From Mycobacterium leprae TN (GTDB taxonomy: Bacteria > Actinomycetota > Actinomycetes > Mycobacteriales > Mycobacteriaceae), in assembly GCF_000195855.1 (NCBI RefSeq), contig NC_002677.1, forward strand, positions 270,001-302,000: a stretch of DNA of 32,000 nucleotides, given 5' to 3'. Below, in pieces: positions 1 through 11,542 of this stretch. The translations under genes and the position numbers were made by a program. Every line of letters begins with the position of its first letter. Position 1 is the stretch's first letter. Below the pieces are notes generated by a model. That model saw only the letters and a program-made list of their open reading frames with translations. It was not told the origin of the DNA and did no database searches.

Positions 1-449
1 GCTGAATGCCTGGCTGCCGACCAGCTGGCGATGATGAATACTGCCCCACCGATGCCCCAGGTCACCAGGCTGATGATGGTGTGATAAAAGGGCATGCGCA
101 GTGCTCGGCTCCGGGCCAGTTCGGTCGCGGCAGGATCAGCTTCGGCGAGCCGGTTGTCACGGCGCTGCCATCGGAAAACTGGCATCAGTAGTTTCAGGTT
201 CACTGCGAACCCGGTGGAGAACGCCACGACCACCGAGAGGGTGGAGATTGCCAAGTTGCGGATGGGCAGATCCTGCAGCTCAACGCGGTCCTGGGGTGGC
301 AAACCGTAGCGGAGGAAACCGAGCACGAACAGGGCGCCGATGATGTCAGACTGCAGCATGCTAAGCGAGAACAGTGGCCACGGGGTGCGTATACCCCACC
401 GGACGAACGCACCGATCCGCCCGGGCAGTCCTGCCGCCTGGGTTGCCAC
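1..449 (-). CDS. N-terminal part of a membrane adenylate cyclase-like protein (Rv3645-type), truncated by the window edge
   Basis: Manual minus-strand translation from GTG at 449: VATQAAGLPGRIGAFVRWGIRTPWPLFSLSMLQSDIIGALFVLGFLRYGLPP...YHTIISLVTWGIGGAVFIIAS, open to the window edge. It is missing from the ORF track, probably because it is partial. Gene context (divergent from the delta' gene) fits Rv3645. Confidence 0.65.
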   Translation of the reverse strand, partial: MATQAAGLPGRIGAFVRWGIRTPWPLFSLSMLQSDIIGALFVLGFLRYGLPPQDRVELQDLPIRNLAISTLSVVVAFSTGFAVNLKLLMPVFRWQRRDNRLAEADPAATELARSRALRMPFYHTIISLVTWGIGGAVFIIASWSAARHS

Positions 450-613
450 TACCTCACCGTATCGGTCTGCGGCGATTTGTTGGCAACCTCCAGCGCCTTT
501 GCCGGTTATGGGACGGCTGTGCGGGCGGTTATAAGGTTACGGAAATGTTGCGACGCGGCCGCTGATCAGTGTCATGTCGGTCGGTATCATTACTGTTGTC
601 GTTGATGTCCGGG

Positions 614-1822
614 GTGTTTACGCGGCTGGTGGGCCAGGATGCGGTGGAAGCTGAGCTGCTGGCCGCCGCTAAGGCCGCCCGTAGTGACTTGGTTCACAGT
701 CGGCCTGCTGACGGGACTATGACACATGCATGGCTCATCACCGGTCCGCCGGGCTCGGGACGCTCGGTTGCGGCGGTGTGCTTCGCGGCTGCACTGCAAT
801 GCACTGCGGATTTTCAGGATGGCGGACCGGGGTGCGGGCGCTGCCGGGCGTGTACGACGACGATGGCCGGCACCCACGCTGACGTTCGTCGGGTGATTCC
901 CGATGGCCTGTCGATCGGCGTAGACGAGATGCGTGCCATCGTGCATGAGGCCTCGCGCCGTCCAAGCACCGGATATTGGCAGATCGTGCTGATCGAGGAC
1001 GCCGACCGGTTGACCGAAGGAGCCGCTAACGCGCTGCTCAAGGTTGTTGAGGAACCGCCGTCGTCGACGGTGTTTTTGCTGTGCGCACCGTCGGTGGCTC
1101 CAGAAGACATTGCGGTAACGTTACGGTCTCGCTGCCGGCATGTCGCGCTGGTGACCCCATCGCATGCGGCGATTGCTCGGGTATTGATTGACAGCGACGG
1201 GCTGGCCGCCGACACGGCGAACTGGGCGGCGTTGGTCAGCGGTGGCCATGTGGGTCTGGCGCGTCGGTTAGCGACTGATCCAGAGGCCCAACAACGACGT
1301 GAGCGGGCGTTCGGGTTGATCCGCGATGCCGTGGTGCCGTCGCGGGCGTATGCTGTGGCCGAGGAACTTGTGGCCGCCGCCGAAGCGGAGGCTCTGGTGC
1401 TGACCGCTGAGCGGGCCGAAGCCGAGACCGAAGAGCTGCGGACGGCTCTCGGGGCCGGCGGCACCGGAAAGGGCACCGCTGGGGCATTGCGCAGCGTTAC
1501 GGGTGCGATCAAGGATCTAGAGCGACGGCAGAAGTCCCGTCAGACTCGTGCTTCGCGTGATGCACTGGACCGAGTATTGATCGATCTGGCGACCTACTTT
1601 CGGGATGCCTTGCTCGTTTCGGCGAATGCGGGATCGGTGCAACCCAATCATCCGGACATGGCTGACCGGGTGGCGGTGCTGGCCTGCCATGCTACACCGG
1701 AGCGGTTGTTGCGCTGCATCGAAGCTGTGCTGGAGTGCCGCGAAGCGTTGGCGGTCAATGTCAAACCCAAGTTCGCGGTCGACGCTCTGGTCGCGACTAT
1801 CGGCCAGGAGCTGCGCTATTAA
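614..1822 (+). CDS. DNA polymerase III delta' subunit-like protein (Rv3644c homologue)
   Basis: ORF 569..1822; GTG at 614 gives VFTRLVGQDAVEAEL. Contains GPPGSGRS P-loop-like motif, Cys-rich CGRCRAC cluster, LIEDADRLTEGAANALLKVVEEPPSSTVFLL and SRCRH sensor-type motif. Confidence 0.9.
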   Translation: MFTRLVGQDAVEAELLAAAKAARSDLVHSRPADGTMTHAWLITGPPGSGRSVAAVCFAAALQCTADFQDGGPGCGRCRACTTTMAGTHADVRRVIPDGLSIGVDEMRAIVHEASRRPSTGYWQIVLIEDADRLTEGAANALLKVVEEPPSSTVFLLCAPSVAPEDIAVTLRSRCRHVALVTPSHAAIARVLIDSDGLAADTANWAALVSGGHVGLARRLATDPEAQQRRERAFGLIRDAVVPSRAYAVAEELVAAAEAEALVLTAERAEAETEELRTALGAGGTGKGTAGALRSVTGAIKDLERRQKSRQTRASRDALDRVLIDLATYFRDALLVSANAGSVQPNHPDMADRVAVLACHATPERLLRCIEAVLECREALAVNVKPKFAVDALVATIGQELRY

Positions 1823-1900
1823 CTTCTCTTGTGGGGATGCACAGCTCTTGGGTTGGCCAGCGCACCTGCCGTAGACTCGTGCTGCCCGGCGCAAAGGTAG

Positions 1901-1973
1901 GCCGCCTTAGCTCAATCGGTAGAGCGATTCACTCGTAATGAATAGGTCGGGGGTTCGATTCCCCCAGGCGGCT
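1901..1973 (+). tRNA. tRNA-Thr (anticodon CGT)
   Basis: Cloverleaf by eye: acceptor GCCGCCT/AGGCGGC, D arm GCTC..GAGC, anticodon arm ATTCA-CTCGTAA-TGAAT, T arm GGGGG-TTCGATT-CCCCC. CCA is not encoded. Confidence 0.95.
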
Positions 1974-2224
1974 CCGTGTGATGTGTCGAGACATCGGAGT
2001 GGGTGTGCATCCTCGTTTAGAGTTCGCTCTTTTTCTTTGGGTTCCGTGACTCGGTGTGCGCTGGTGGAGCTTCATGGTGAGGTCCGGGGTTAGCTGGCGG
2101 ATGAGTTAGCTGGTGGTGGCGTCGGCGCGCAGATGATATCAAGTTGTGGACAATAGAGCCAACACGGCGGACGTTCTTGTGTGGCAGTCGAGTAGTGCGT
2201 AGTGGCTGGCAGTCTGGCTAGTCG

Positions 2225-2744
2225 TGGCGCGGACGTGGTTGTCCATTCGGGTTGACCTATACTAGCAGTCATAGTGAGGAGTTTTCACCTCGGCTGGTTA
2301 GGGTCTTTGCTGCTATCTGTTCCCATAAGTTCAGTCAGCTCGCGGACACCATCGACACCCCGTTCGCTTGCTGGTACCGCTCACATTTGTACAAATTCGA
2401 GCTGGGTGATGGCCGGTTCATCGGTCAGGGCGAGTTCAATGCCTTGACGTGGGCTTCATCGGCAAGTTCAGCAGCGACGTTGGCCTTTGGGTGAACAGTT
2501 CGTCTACGAATTCGATTTCGGCGATTGTTTGGACTCAATTTGTGCACGGGTCGGGCTGCTGCTAATCGACCAGGAGTCTGGGGCGGGGATTGTGTCCCGC
2601 TTACTTCTTCCGTCCTGGAGGTGGGGGCGATCCCCGATCGGTACGGGTGTCGTTGGGTCGGCGACGATAGAGAAAGCCCGAATTGTCGAATCCGGGTTCA
2701 ATCAAACTGCCACTTTTTCAGCTGTTACGGTAACTGCCTGCTGA
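2225..2744 (+). pseudogene. Decayed plasmid pRiA4b ORF-3 family / IS1096 TnpR-like protein
   Basis: Fragments across frames: PRLVRVFAAI...YRSHLYKFELGDGRFIG (frame of 2252), FVYEFDFGDC (frame of 2487), VLEVGAIPDRYGCRWVGD (frame of 2525). These match the family pattern SHLYEF...F.Y.YDFGD.W...P..WG.IPD.YG.RW with at least two frameshifts. Confidence 0.6.
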
Positions 2745-2762
2745 GCAAGCAGCGACATGAAC

Positions 2763-2813
2763 GCGATGTGGACGCAAGAGTAGCGATCAGCGCTACTCTT
2801 GCGTCCACATCGC
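2763..2813. repeat. Perfect inverted repeat, 23 bp arms, 5 nt loop
   Basis: GCGATGTGGACGCAAGAGTAGCG - ATCAG - CGCTACTCTTGCGTCCACATCGC. Confidence 0.97.
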
Positions 2814-3289
2814 ACACTTAGACCGAGCTAAAGCACGCCATGAACTACTGGATCAAGCTCCGAAGTGATTGATGCAGTTTAGTTCTGCATAATCCTGCTT
2901 AGAGCGCGATCACCGCCTTAATGCGGTGTTGGTCTGGGAAATTACTTTCAGGTGTCCACAGTCAGCTGAGCATCCCCCGTTGTTGTTTCTCCCACGAAGG
3001 CACCGCCTACACTCGCACGCGTATCCTCGTGTTCAGTGACCTGCTCCTCATACCTCTCCTATCATACTATCCGCTCAGCATCCACTCCTTCGGGATTGAT
3101 TCGCCGGCTCAACGACATTTCTGGCGCCAGCAACGCCAACGCAAGCAATACATCCAACAGTAAGACTGACCTGACTCAAGCCGCCCGCTATGCGGGCTGA
3201 CGGACGGGACTGGCTGCCTCACGGCTGTGGACGGCTAGGTTTCCGTCGAAAAAGCCCGGTGAACTAGGCGGTGTTAGCGCTGGTAACCG

Positions 3290-6008
<2,719 letters not shown>

Positions 6009-6011
6009 GGT

Positions 6012-6649
6012 GGTGGTGTTGTGGTGGGCTGGTGGGGTGTGGGTGGTTGATCTGCGCTAGAAGGTTGCCGTATGTGCCGCCGACGGCCGGATCATCGATG
6101 CACTGTTCACTAACACGATACTGCTGCACCCGGCGGCATGCCTGCTTGCTGGCTGAGGGCCGGTCAACAAGCCGCCGACACCGATACCAGCGGCAGAAAT
6201 GGTGCAAGGGATAACATCAGGTGCGAATAGTTATACCGTGCACGGGGACGTGCCTGTTCAGGTGCGGCCACATTGACCACGCCGACACCTCAAGGCCATG
6301 ACATGCACACTAAAACGCCCCTACCCCGCGGCGCTAACAACTATCCTCACACTCACGCCTGCATCGATATCGCCTTCAGCACAGCCCAGGTGCCCAGCCC
6401 CTGGCATCATCAACATGTAGACCAAGCAGCATCCACCACCGACATGCTTACGTGCGCCGCGCTAATCGTGTCCACTGCGGCAAAGCACACGAAGCCTCAT
6501 CGAAAGCAGGCAGTCAGCCACCCACCAACAAAAACCCCGCAACACAGCAAAACACGTCAACAGGATTCCGGGCTGCCCCCCACGACTACCGAACATATCG
6601 GCCAGTCATAAAACGCAAAAACAGCCATTTCACCCACCACCTATGAAAC
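6012..6649 (+). repeat. RLEP dispersed repeat, copy A
   Basis: Contains CACCGATACCAGCGGCAGAA and the reverse complement of TGCATGTCATGGCCTTGAGG (published RLEP PCR primer sites). Mirror image of 10138-10775. Confidence 0.95.
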
Positions 6650-6706
6650 CAACCGAACAACTCACCGCCACAGACACAAGACAGCAGAGCCCGGGAACCG
6701 TCGCAG

Positions 6707-7777
6707 CTATGTACAGGCCTTGACCTCGCGATGATTGCGGAACACGCTCCAGGTGAGTGCTGCGCCGATGAAGAGCACGCCCACCAAGGCGGTGACGGCC
6801 TCGAGGATTTCGAATCGCGGTTCGACAGAAAGCAACATCATCACCGATAGCGCACCAATCGCCCAGTGGGCACCATATTCCAGGTACACATAACGGTCCA
6901 ATGCGTCCTGGTGGACCAGGTATATGGTGATCGAACGGATGAACACCGAGCTGATCAGTCCCAGACCCAGCGCGATGATGACTGGGTCAGAGGTGATCGC
7001 AAAAGCGCCGGTGACTCCGTCGAAGGAGAAGGTGGCGTCGAGAATCTCGAGATAAAGGAATCTGACTAGGCCGGCCCTGCCTGCCATCCTCCGCCCGGAA
7101 GCCGTGTCAATGTCGGGTGGTCGAAACGCTCGGTTCAATACGCTTACGAGCAGATACGTCACCAAGCTCAGAAGCCCTGCGATCAGCACCTTCGCGCGCT
7201 CATCGCCAGAGTGCGTCAGCGCAGTGGCGATGAGAACCAACACAAATATAGCCACCACCGACAGCGGACCAAGTCGCCCGATGCGGGTGAAGGGGGCCTC
7301 GATCCACTTGAGCCACTTGATGTCTCGGTCTTGAAAGACGAAATCCAGGAACAGCATCAACAGGAACGTTCCGCCAAAGGCTGCGATCTGTGGGTGGGCC
7401 GACATTATGAGCTTTTGATAGCTAGGTGAGCCGTCTGGAAATTCCAGCGCGTGATTGGGCGGCGGATGTAAAGCCAAGTCCATGGTGCGAACGGGATCCA
7501 GCTTGGCGGTTGCCCAGACGATAACCGCTGGGAAGATCAGGCGCATACCGAATGCTGCGATGAGGATCCCGATCGTCAGAAACATCTTCCGCCAAAATCG
7601 ACTCATCTGCTTGAGTATCGCAGCGTTGATGATGGCGTTGTCGAACGACAAGGACACTTCGAAGATAGCGAGCACTATTAGCGGCAAGAGGGAGGCAAGC
7701 CCACCGTAGATGTATGCGACTAAGAGGGCTATCGCGGTTGTTAAAAGCGAGATGCCGAAACCGCGGAACGCTGCCAT
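6707..7777 (-). CDS. DUF475 / TerC-like integral membrane protein (probable Rv3629c homologue)
   Basis: 356 aa ORF with EVSLSFDNAIINA and LDATFSFDGVTGAFAIT, the paired acidic membrane motifs typical of TerC/DUF475 proteins. Confidence 0.85.
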   Translation of the reverse strand: MAAFRGFGISLLTTAIALLVAYIYGGLASLLPLIVLAIFEVSLSFDNAIINAAILKQMSRFWRKMFLTIGILIAAFGMRLIFPAVIVWATAKLDPVRTMDLALHPPPNHALEFPDGSPSYQKLIMSAHPQIAAFGGTFLLMLFLDFVFQDRDIKWLKWIEAPFTRIGRLGPLSVVAIFVLVLIATALTHSGDERAKVLIAGLLSLVTYLLVSVLNRAFRPPDIDTASGRRMAGRAGLVRFLYLEILDATFSFDGVTGAFAITSDPVIIALGLGLISSVFIRSITIYLVHQDALDRYVYLEYGAHWAIGALSVMMLLSVEPRFEILEAVTALVGVLFIGAALTWSVFRNHREVKACT

Positions 7778-7833
7778 GAATCCTTCCTGTTACCCACCCA
7801 CAATAGCGGCGCTGAGCGCAGTCGCGGATCTAT

Positions 7834-7871
7834 TTGACTCCGTGCAATTAGGTTGACTCCGTGCAATTAGG
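7834..7871. repeat. 19 bp perfect tandem duplication (2 copies)
   Basis: TTGACTCCGTGCAATTAGG repeated at 7834-7852 and 7853-7871. Confidence 0.97.
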
Positions 7872-7938
7872 TATTTTCAAACTGTGACGATGCATTAGGT
7901 TCAGTTGACTGGAGGTGTCGCCATAGTGACTAAGGTCG

Positions 7939-8002
7939 GAGGCGCTGTTGGATCCAATGGTATTCCCCAACTAGGGAATACCATTGGATCCAACAGCGCC
8001 TC
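7939..8002. repeat. Perfect inverted repeat, 29 bp arms, 6 nt loop
   Basis: GAGGCGCTGTTGGATCCAATGGTATTCCC - CAACTA - GGGAATACCATTGGATCCAACAGCGCCTC. Confidence 0.97.
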
Positions 8003-8040
8003 GCGGAGGTCAGTTGCGTGTGGCAGTGTGACACGGGTCG

Positions 8041-9040
8041 GTGCGGAGGACAGTATTGACTGCGTTGTGCGGCTATGCGGTGATTTATTTGGCCGCCCGC
8101 GACCTTAGCGCCGACTGGATTCTCGGTATTCGGGGTGTTTTGGGAAGCGTTCGATCTGTTCACTGCTGCCAATGGCTTGTTCCAAGAAAATCCACCTGCG
8201 AGGTCCGCGCTACGGGCTATGTAAACGATTTGACGACCATTCCGAGTAAGCTTAACTCTTTCCGCTGCGGGTCGCCGGGACGGTTGGTGTCGCTGCCACC
8301 ATCGTGCTCGCAGGGAACTTACTCGTGTGGAGTGGGCAAACGTTCGCCGAGGCACTCCGGCTTTCGGTGGCCCTGCTTAGCGTTGGTTTGTGCGAGTTTT
8401 CCCTGCTAGCCACACTGCTGGTCTCTCCCACGGCACGCCTGCACACACCCTGCGGCACTGCGATGTTCCTGCGCAGCGGCCGCCTATTCGATCACCGCTG
8501 CCGGTATCAGCGCGATTTTGGTTATGGGGTTTCTAGTACTGCTGAAGCTGACTTCGAGTGAGTTCGGGGCACAAGGCGGCGTCGTCATCCTGACTTTGAC
8601 GTTGACTCGTGCGCCGTTGCTGGTGCAGTTGACCTCCGTGCAGGGCAACCTCGTAGCTCATTTCCTTGACGAGCGCTTGCAACCGGCTTCGGTCGGTTCT
8701 CGTGGCCGGCAGCGATCATCGGCGGTATCGGTGCGGTAGGTGTGCTAGCGGCAGGCATTGTGGGGCTATGGCTGCTGCGCGTAGAGTTTAGTCCGCAGTA
8801 CGATGCCAGTAGTAACGTGGCTGACTGCGGCCGCGGTGGAGATTGCTATGTTGACGCTCACCGGCCCAGCAGCGGTAGCGGCGGCGCTGTATTGTGCGTA
8901 TTCACTGGGCTGGGTTTGTGCGACAGCCGTGTCGGCATCGCTGCAGCTGCAGACCCGCACTGTTGTGCGGCCCGCTGGTGGAGATCAGCGTCCACTTGGC
9001 GGCACTGGCACGTACCAGGAAACCATCCGGCCTGACCAGC
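8041..9040 (+). pseudogene. Decayed membrane protein gene, probable remnant of the Rv3630 homologue
   Basis: Hydrophobic fragments in different frames (LTALCGYAVIYLAARDLSADWIL; ALRLSVALLSVGLCEFSLLATLLVSP; LAAGIVGLWLLRVEF; GPAAVAAALYCAYSLGWV). Position directly upstream of the Rv3631-like gene supports the identity. No intact ORF. Confidence 0.45.
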
Positions 9041-9047
9041 GTGTATC

Positions 9048-9770
9048 TTGTTGGGTATCGAAACGTGTTACCCCGGCGTCTGGATCGTCATTCCCGCCTT
9101 CAACGAAGCCGCTATCATCGGTGAAGTAGTCACAGATGTGCGCGCGGTTTTCGATCATGTCGTCTGCGTGGATGACGGCAGTGCCGACGGAACCGGAGAG
9201 ATCGCTCTGCGCGCTGGGGCGCACCTAGTCCGTCATCCAGTCAACCTGGGCCAAGGTGCGGCGATCCAGACCGGGGTTGAGTACGCTCGCCGGCAGCCGG
9301 CAGCGCAGGTGTTCGCCACGTTCGATGCCGATGGCCAGCACCGCGTCAAAGACCTGGCAGCGTTGGTAGACCGGCTCGGCGCGCATGACGTCGACGTCGT
9401 TATCGGAACGCGGTTCGGCCGCCTCGACGGGGGCCGGTTGCCGATTCTGAAAGGACCACCGTTTTTGAAAAGGGTTGTGTTGCGGACTGCGGCACGGTTG
9501 AGCCGACGCGGTCGCCGGTTAGGTCTCACCGACACCAATAATGGCCTGCGAGTGTTCAATAAGAAGGTGGCCGACGGGCTCGATATCACAATGACCGGCA
9601 TGAGCCATGCCAACGAGTTCGTCATGTTGATCGCCGATAACCACTGGCGCGTCGATGAGGTACCGGTGGAGGTGCTGTACACCGAGTACTCGAAGTCGAA
9701 GGGGCAACCACTGCTTAATGGCGTCAACATCATCTTTGACGGGTTCCTGCGCGGGAGAATGCCGAAATGA
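9048..9770 (+). CDS. Family 2 glycosyltransferase, polyprenyl-phosphate sugar transferase type (Rv3631 homologue)
   Basis: VWIVIPAFNEAAIIGEVV...VVCVDDGSADGTGEIA...FATFDADGQH; GT-A signatures. The start could lie slightly upstream. Confidence 0.9.
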   Translation: MLGIETCYPGVWIVIPAFNEAAIIGEVVTDVRAVFDHVVCVDDGSADGTGEIALRAGAHLVRHPVNLGQGAAIQTGVEYARRQPAAQVFATFDADGQHRVKDLAALVDRLGAHDVDVVIGTRFGRLDGGRLPILKGPPFLKRVVLRTAARLSRRGRRLGLTDTNNGLRVFNKKVADGLDITMTGMSHANEFVMLIADNHWRVDEVPVEVLYTEYSKSKGQPLLNGVNIIFDGFLRGRMPK

Positions 9771-9783
9771 AAAGGAGCGAAAG

Positions 9784-10125
9784 ATGAACTGGATCCAGGT
9801 GCTGCTGATCGGATCGATCATCGTGCTGCTGATTTACTTGCTGCGGTCGCGCCGCAACGTGCGATCTCGGGCCTGGGTGAAGGTCGGGTACATCGCGTTT
9901 GTGCTCGGCGGTGTCTATGCTGTGCTCCGGCCTAACGACACCACCGTGGTGGCGCACTGGTTTGGGGTATGCCGCGGAACTGATCTGATGCTCTATGCAC
10001 TAATTATGGCGTTCAGTTTTACTACGCTGAGCATCTACATACGGTTCAAGGACTTGGAGTTGCGCTACGCGTGTTTGGCTCGCGTCGTTGCGCTGGAAGG
10101 AGCGCGCGCGCCCGAGCCGTTCTAG
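9784..10125 (+). CDS. DUF2304 small membrane protein (Rv3632 homologue)
   Basis: ATG at 9784 preceded by AAAGGAG; MNWIQVLLIGSIIVLLIYLLRSRRNVRSRAWVKVGYIAF, hydrophobic segments. Linked to the glycosyltransferase gene by a 13 bp gap. Confidence 0.85.
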   Translation: MNWIQVLLIGSIIVLLIYLLRSRRNVRSRAWVKVGYIAFVLGGVYAVLRPNDTTVVAHWFGVCRGTDLMLYALIMAFSFTTLSIYIRFKDLELRYACLARVVALEGARAPEPF

Positions 10126-10137
10126 GGTGTTGTGGGT

Positions 10138-10775
10138 GTTTCATAGGTGGTGGGTGAAATGGCTGTTTTTGCGTTTTATGACTGGCCGATATGTTCGGTA
10201 GTCGTGGGGGGCAGCCCGGAATCCTGTTGACGTGTTTTGCTGTGTTGCGGGGTTTTTGTTGGTGGGTGGCTGACTGCCTGCTTTCGATGAGGCTTCGTGT
10301 GCTTTGCCGCAGTGGACACGATTAGCGCGGCGCACGTAAGCATGTCGGTGGTGGATGCTGCTTGGTCTACATGTTGATGATGCCAGGGGCTGGGCACCTG
10401 GGCTGTGCTGAAGGCGATATCGATGCAGGCGTGAGTGTGAGGATAGTTGTTAGCGCCGCGGGGTAGGGGCGTTTTAGTGTGCATGTCATGGCCTTGAGGT
10501 GTCGGCGTGGTCAATGTGGCCGCACCTGAACAGGCACGTCCCCGTGCACGGTATAACTATTCGCACCTGATGTTATCCCTTGCACCATTTCTGCCGCTGG
10601 TATCGGTGTCGGCGGCTTGTTGACCGGCCCTCAGCCAGCAAGCAGGCATGCCGCCGGGTGCAGCAGTATCGTGTTAGTGAACAGTGCATCGATGATCCGG
10701 CCGTCGGCGGCACATACGGCAACCTTCTAGCGCAGATCAACCACCCACACCCCACCAGCCCACCACAACACCACC
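10138..10775 (-). repeat. RLEP dispersed repeat, copy B (inverted relative to copy A)
   Basis: Contains TGCATGTCATGGCCTTGAGG. The 112, 64 and 60 aa ORF translations are identical to those of copy A, with coordinates summing to 16787 in every case, so the copies are indel-free mirror images. Confidence 0.95.
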
Positions 10776-10799
10776 CTTAGGCCTCAATCACCCCAACAA

Positions 10800-11345
10800 T
10801 GCCCCGTCCGATGCTGACTCGCACAAAGACCGACAGCACAATAAGCTGTCGCGCTCCTTGTTTGCCCGCGCATAGGCGTTTTGTCGTTACTCGCGTGCTG
10901 CCGCATCGAACCTGCAACGAGTGCAGCAGGTTTTGGGCGCTCGCTAGCTGTTGCTGTTCGTTGGCTGAGAAGGTCACTGCGGCGTCGGCGAATCGCCTCA
11001 GCCTCGGCGATCTTCAGCGGACTGATGTACTCGTGGACGGCATCGCGGTATTCGAGTTGCGCTGCTCGATCGCTGGCGATGTCGTTGGGTCATTCCGGCC
11101 GCAGCCGGTCCGGGCGACGTTTCGCCTTGTGGGAAGGCGATGGTCAGTGGATTGCGCATGCCGGTCATCAACGGGAAGTGCAGAAGTCTAGCGATATCGA
11201 GTTCGTAGTCCAACCACCGGGCGCCAATCCGCTCGTGAGCTTAGATGAGTTTGGTCAGCTCCCGGCGGGAGCTTTCCTCGTTGGTTCGCAGTCGGCCGGA
11301 TGCCTCGGTCAGGGTGATCTTGGTTTGCTGCTTCAGGTGTTAGCG
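10800..11345 (-). pseudogene. Decayed conserved hypothetical gene
   Basis: Minus-strand fragments: DYELDIARLLHFPLMTGMRNPLTIAF then (shifted) EYRDAVHEYISPLKIAEAEAIRRRRSDFSANEQQQLASAQNLL. Frameshifts and an internal stop. Confidence 0.45.
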
Positions 11346-11542
11346 CTCTAGCCGTCGCTTAGCACGCCGCTCGTTCGCGGCGGCAATAGGCCCTCAAGCC
11401 ACCGCCGAACGCGCCGCTCAGTGGGAACGATCAGCCACTAGAAAGTCGCAGCGAAATGCAACATTGGGGTCACGTGGCTAGGATGCCACCGGGCATCGGC
11501 GAGCACTCCAGCAACGATCTTCAGCTCGTCGCGAAATCCGTG

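Noticed and set aside
814-1512. 232 aa antisense ORF opposite the delta'-like gene
   Set aside because: Composition is typical of reverse-frame translation of GC-rich coding DNA (Ala/Ser/Arg/Pro-rich) with no recognisable domain.
6273-6611. 112 aa and 64 aa ORFs at 6273..6611 / 10176..10514 and 6452..6646 / 10141..10335 as genes of a new small two-copy family
   Set aside because: They lie inside RLEP repeats, have low-complexity His/Thr/Pro/Gln composition, and overlap each other in alternative frames; best explained as chance ORFs in a non-coding repeat.
10098-10114. Short GC dinucleotide run at the 3' end of the DUF2304 gene
   Set aside because: About five repeat units, unremarkable in a GC-rich genome; only possibly useful as a weak microsatellite.
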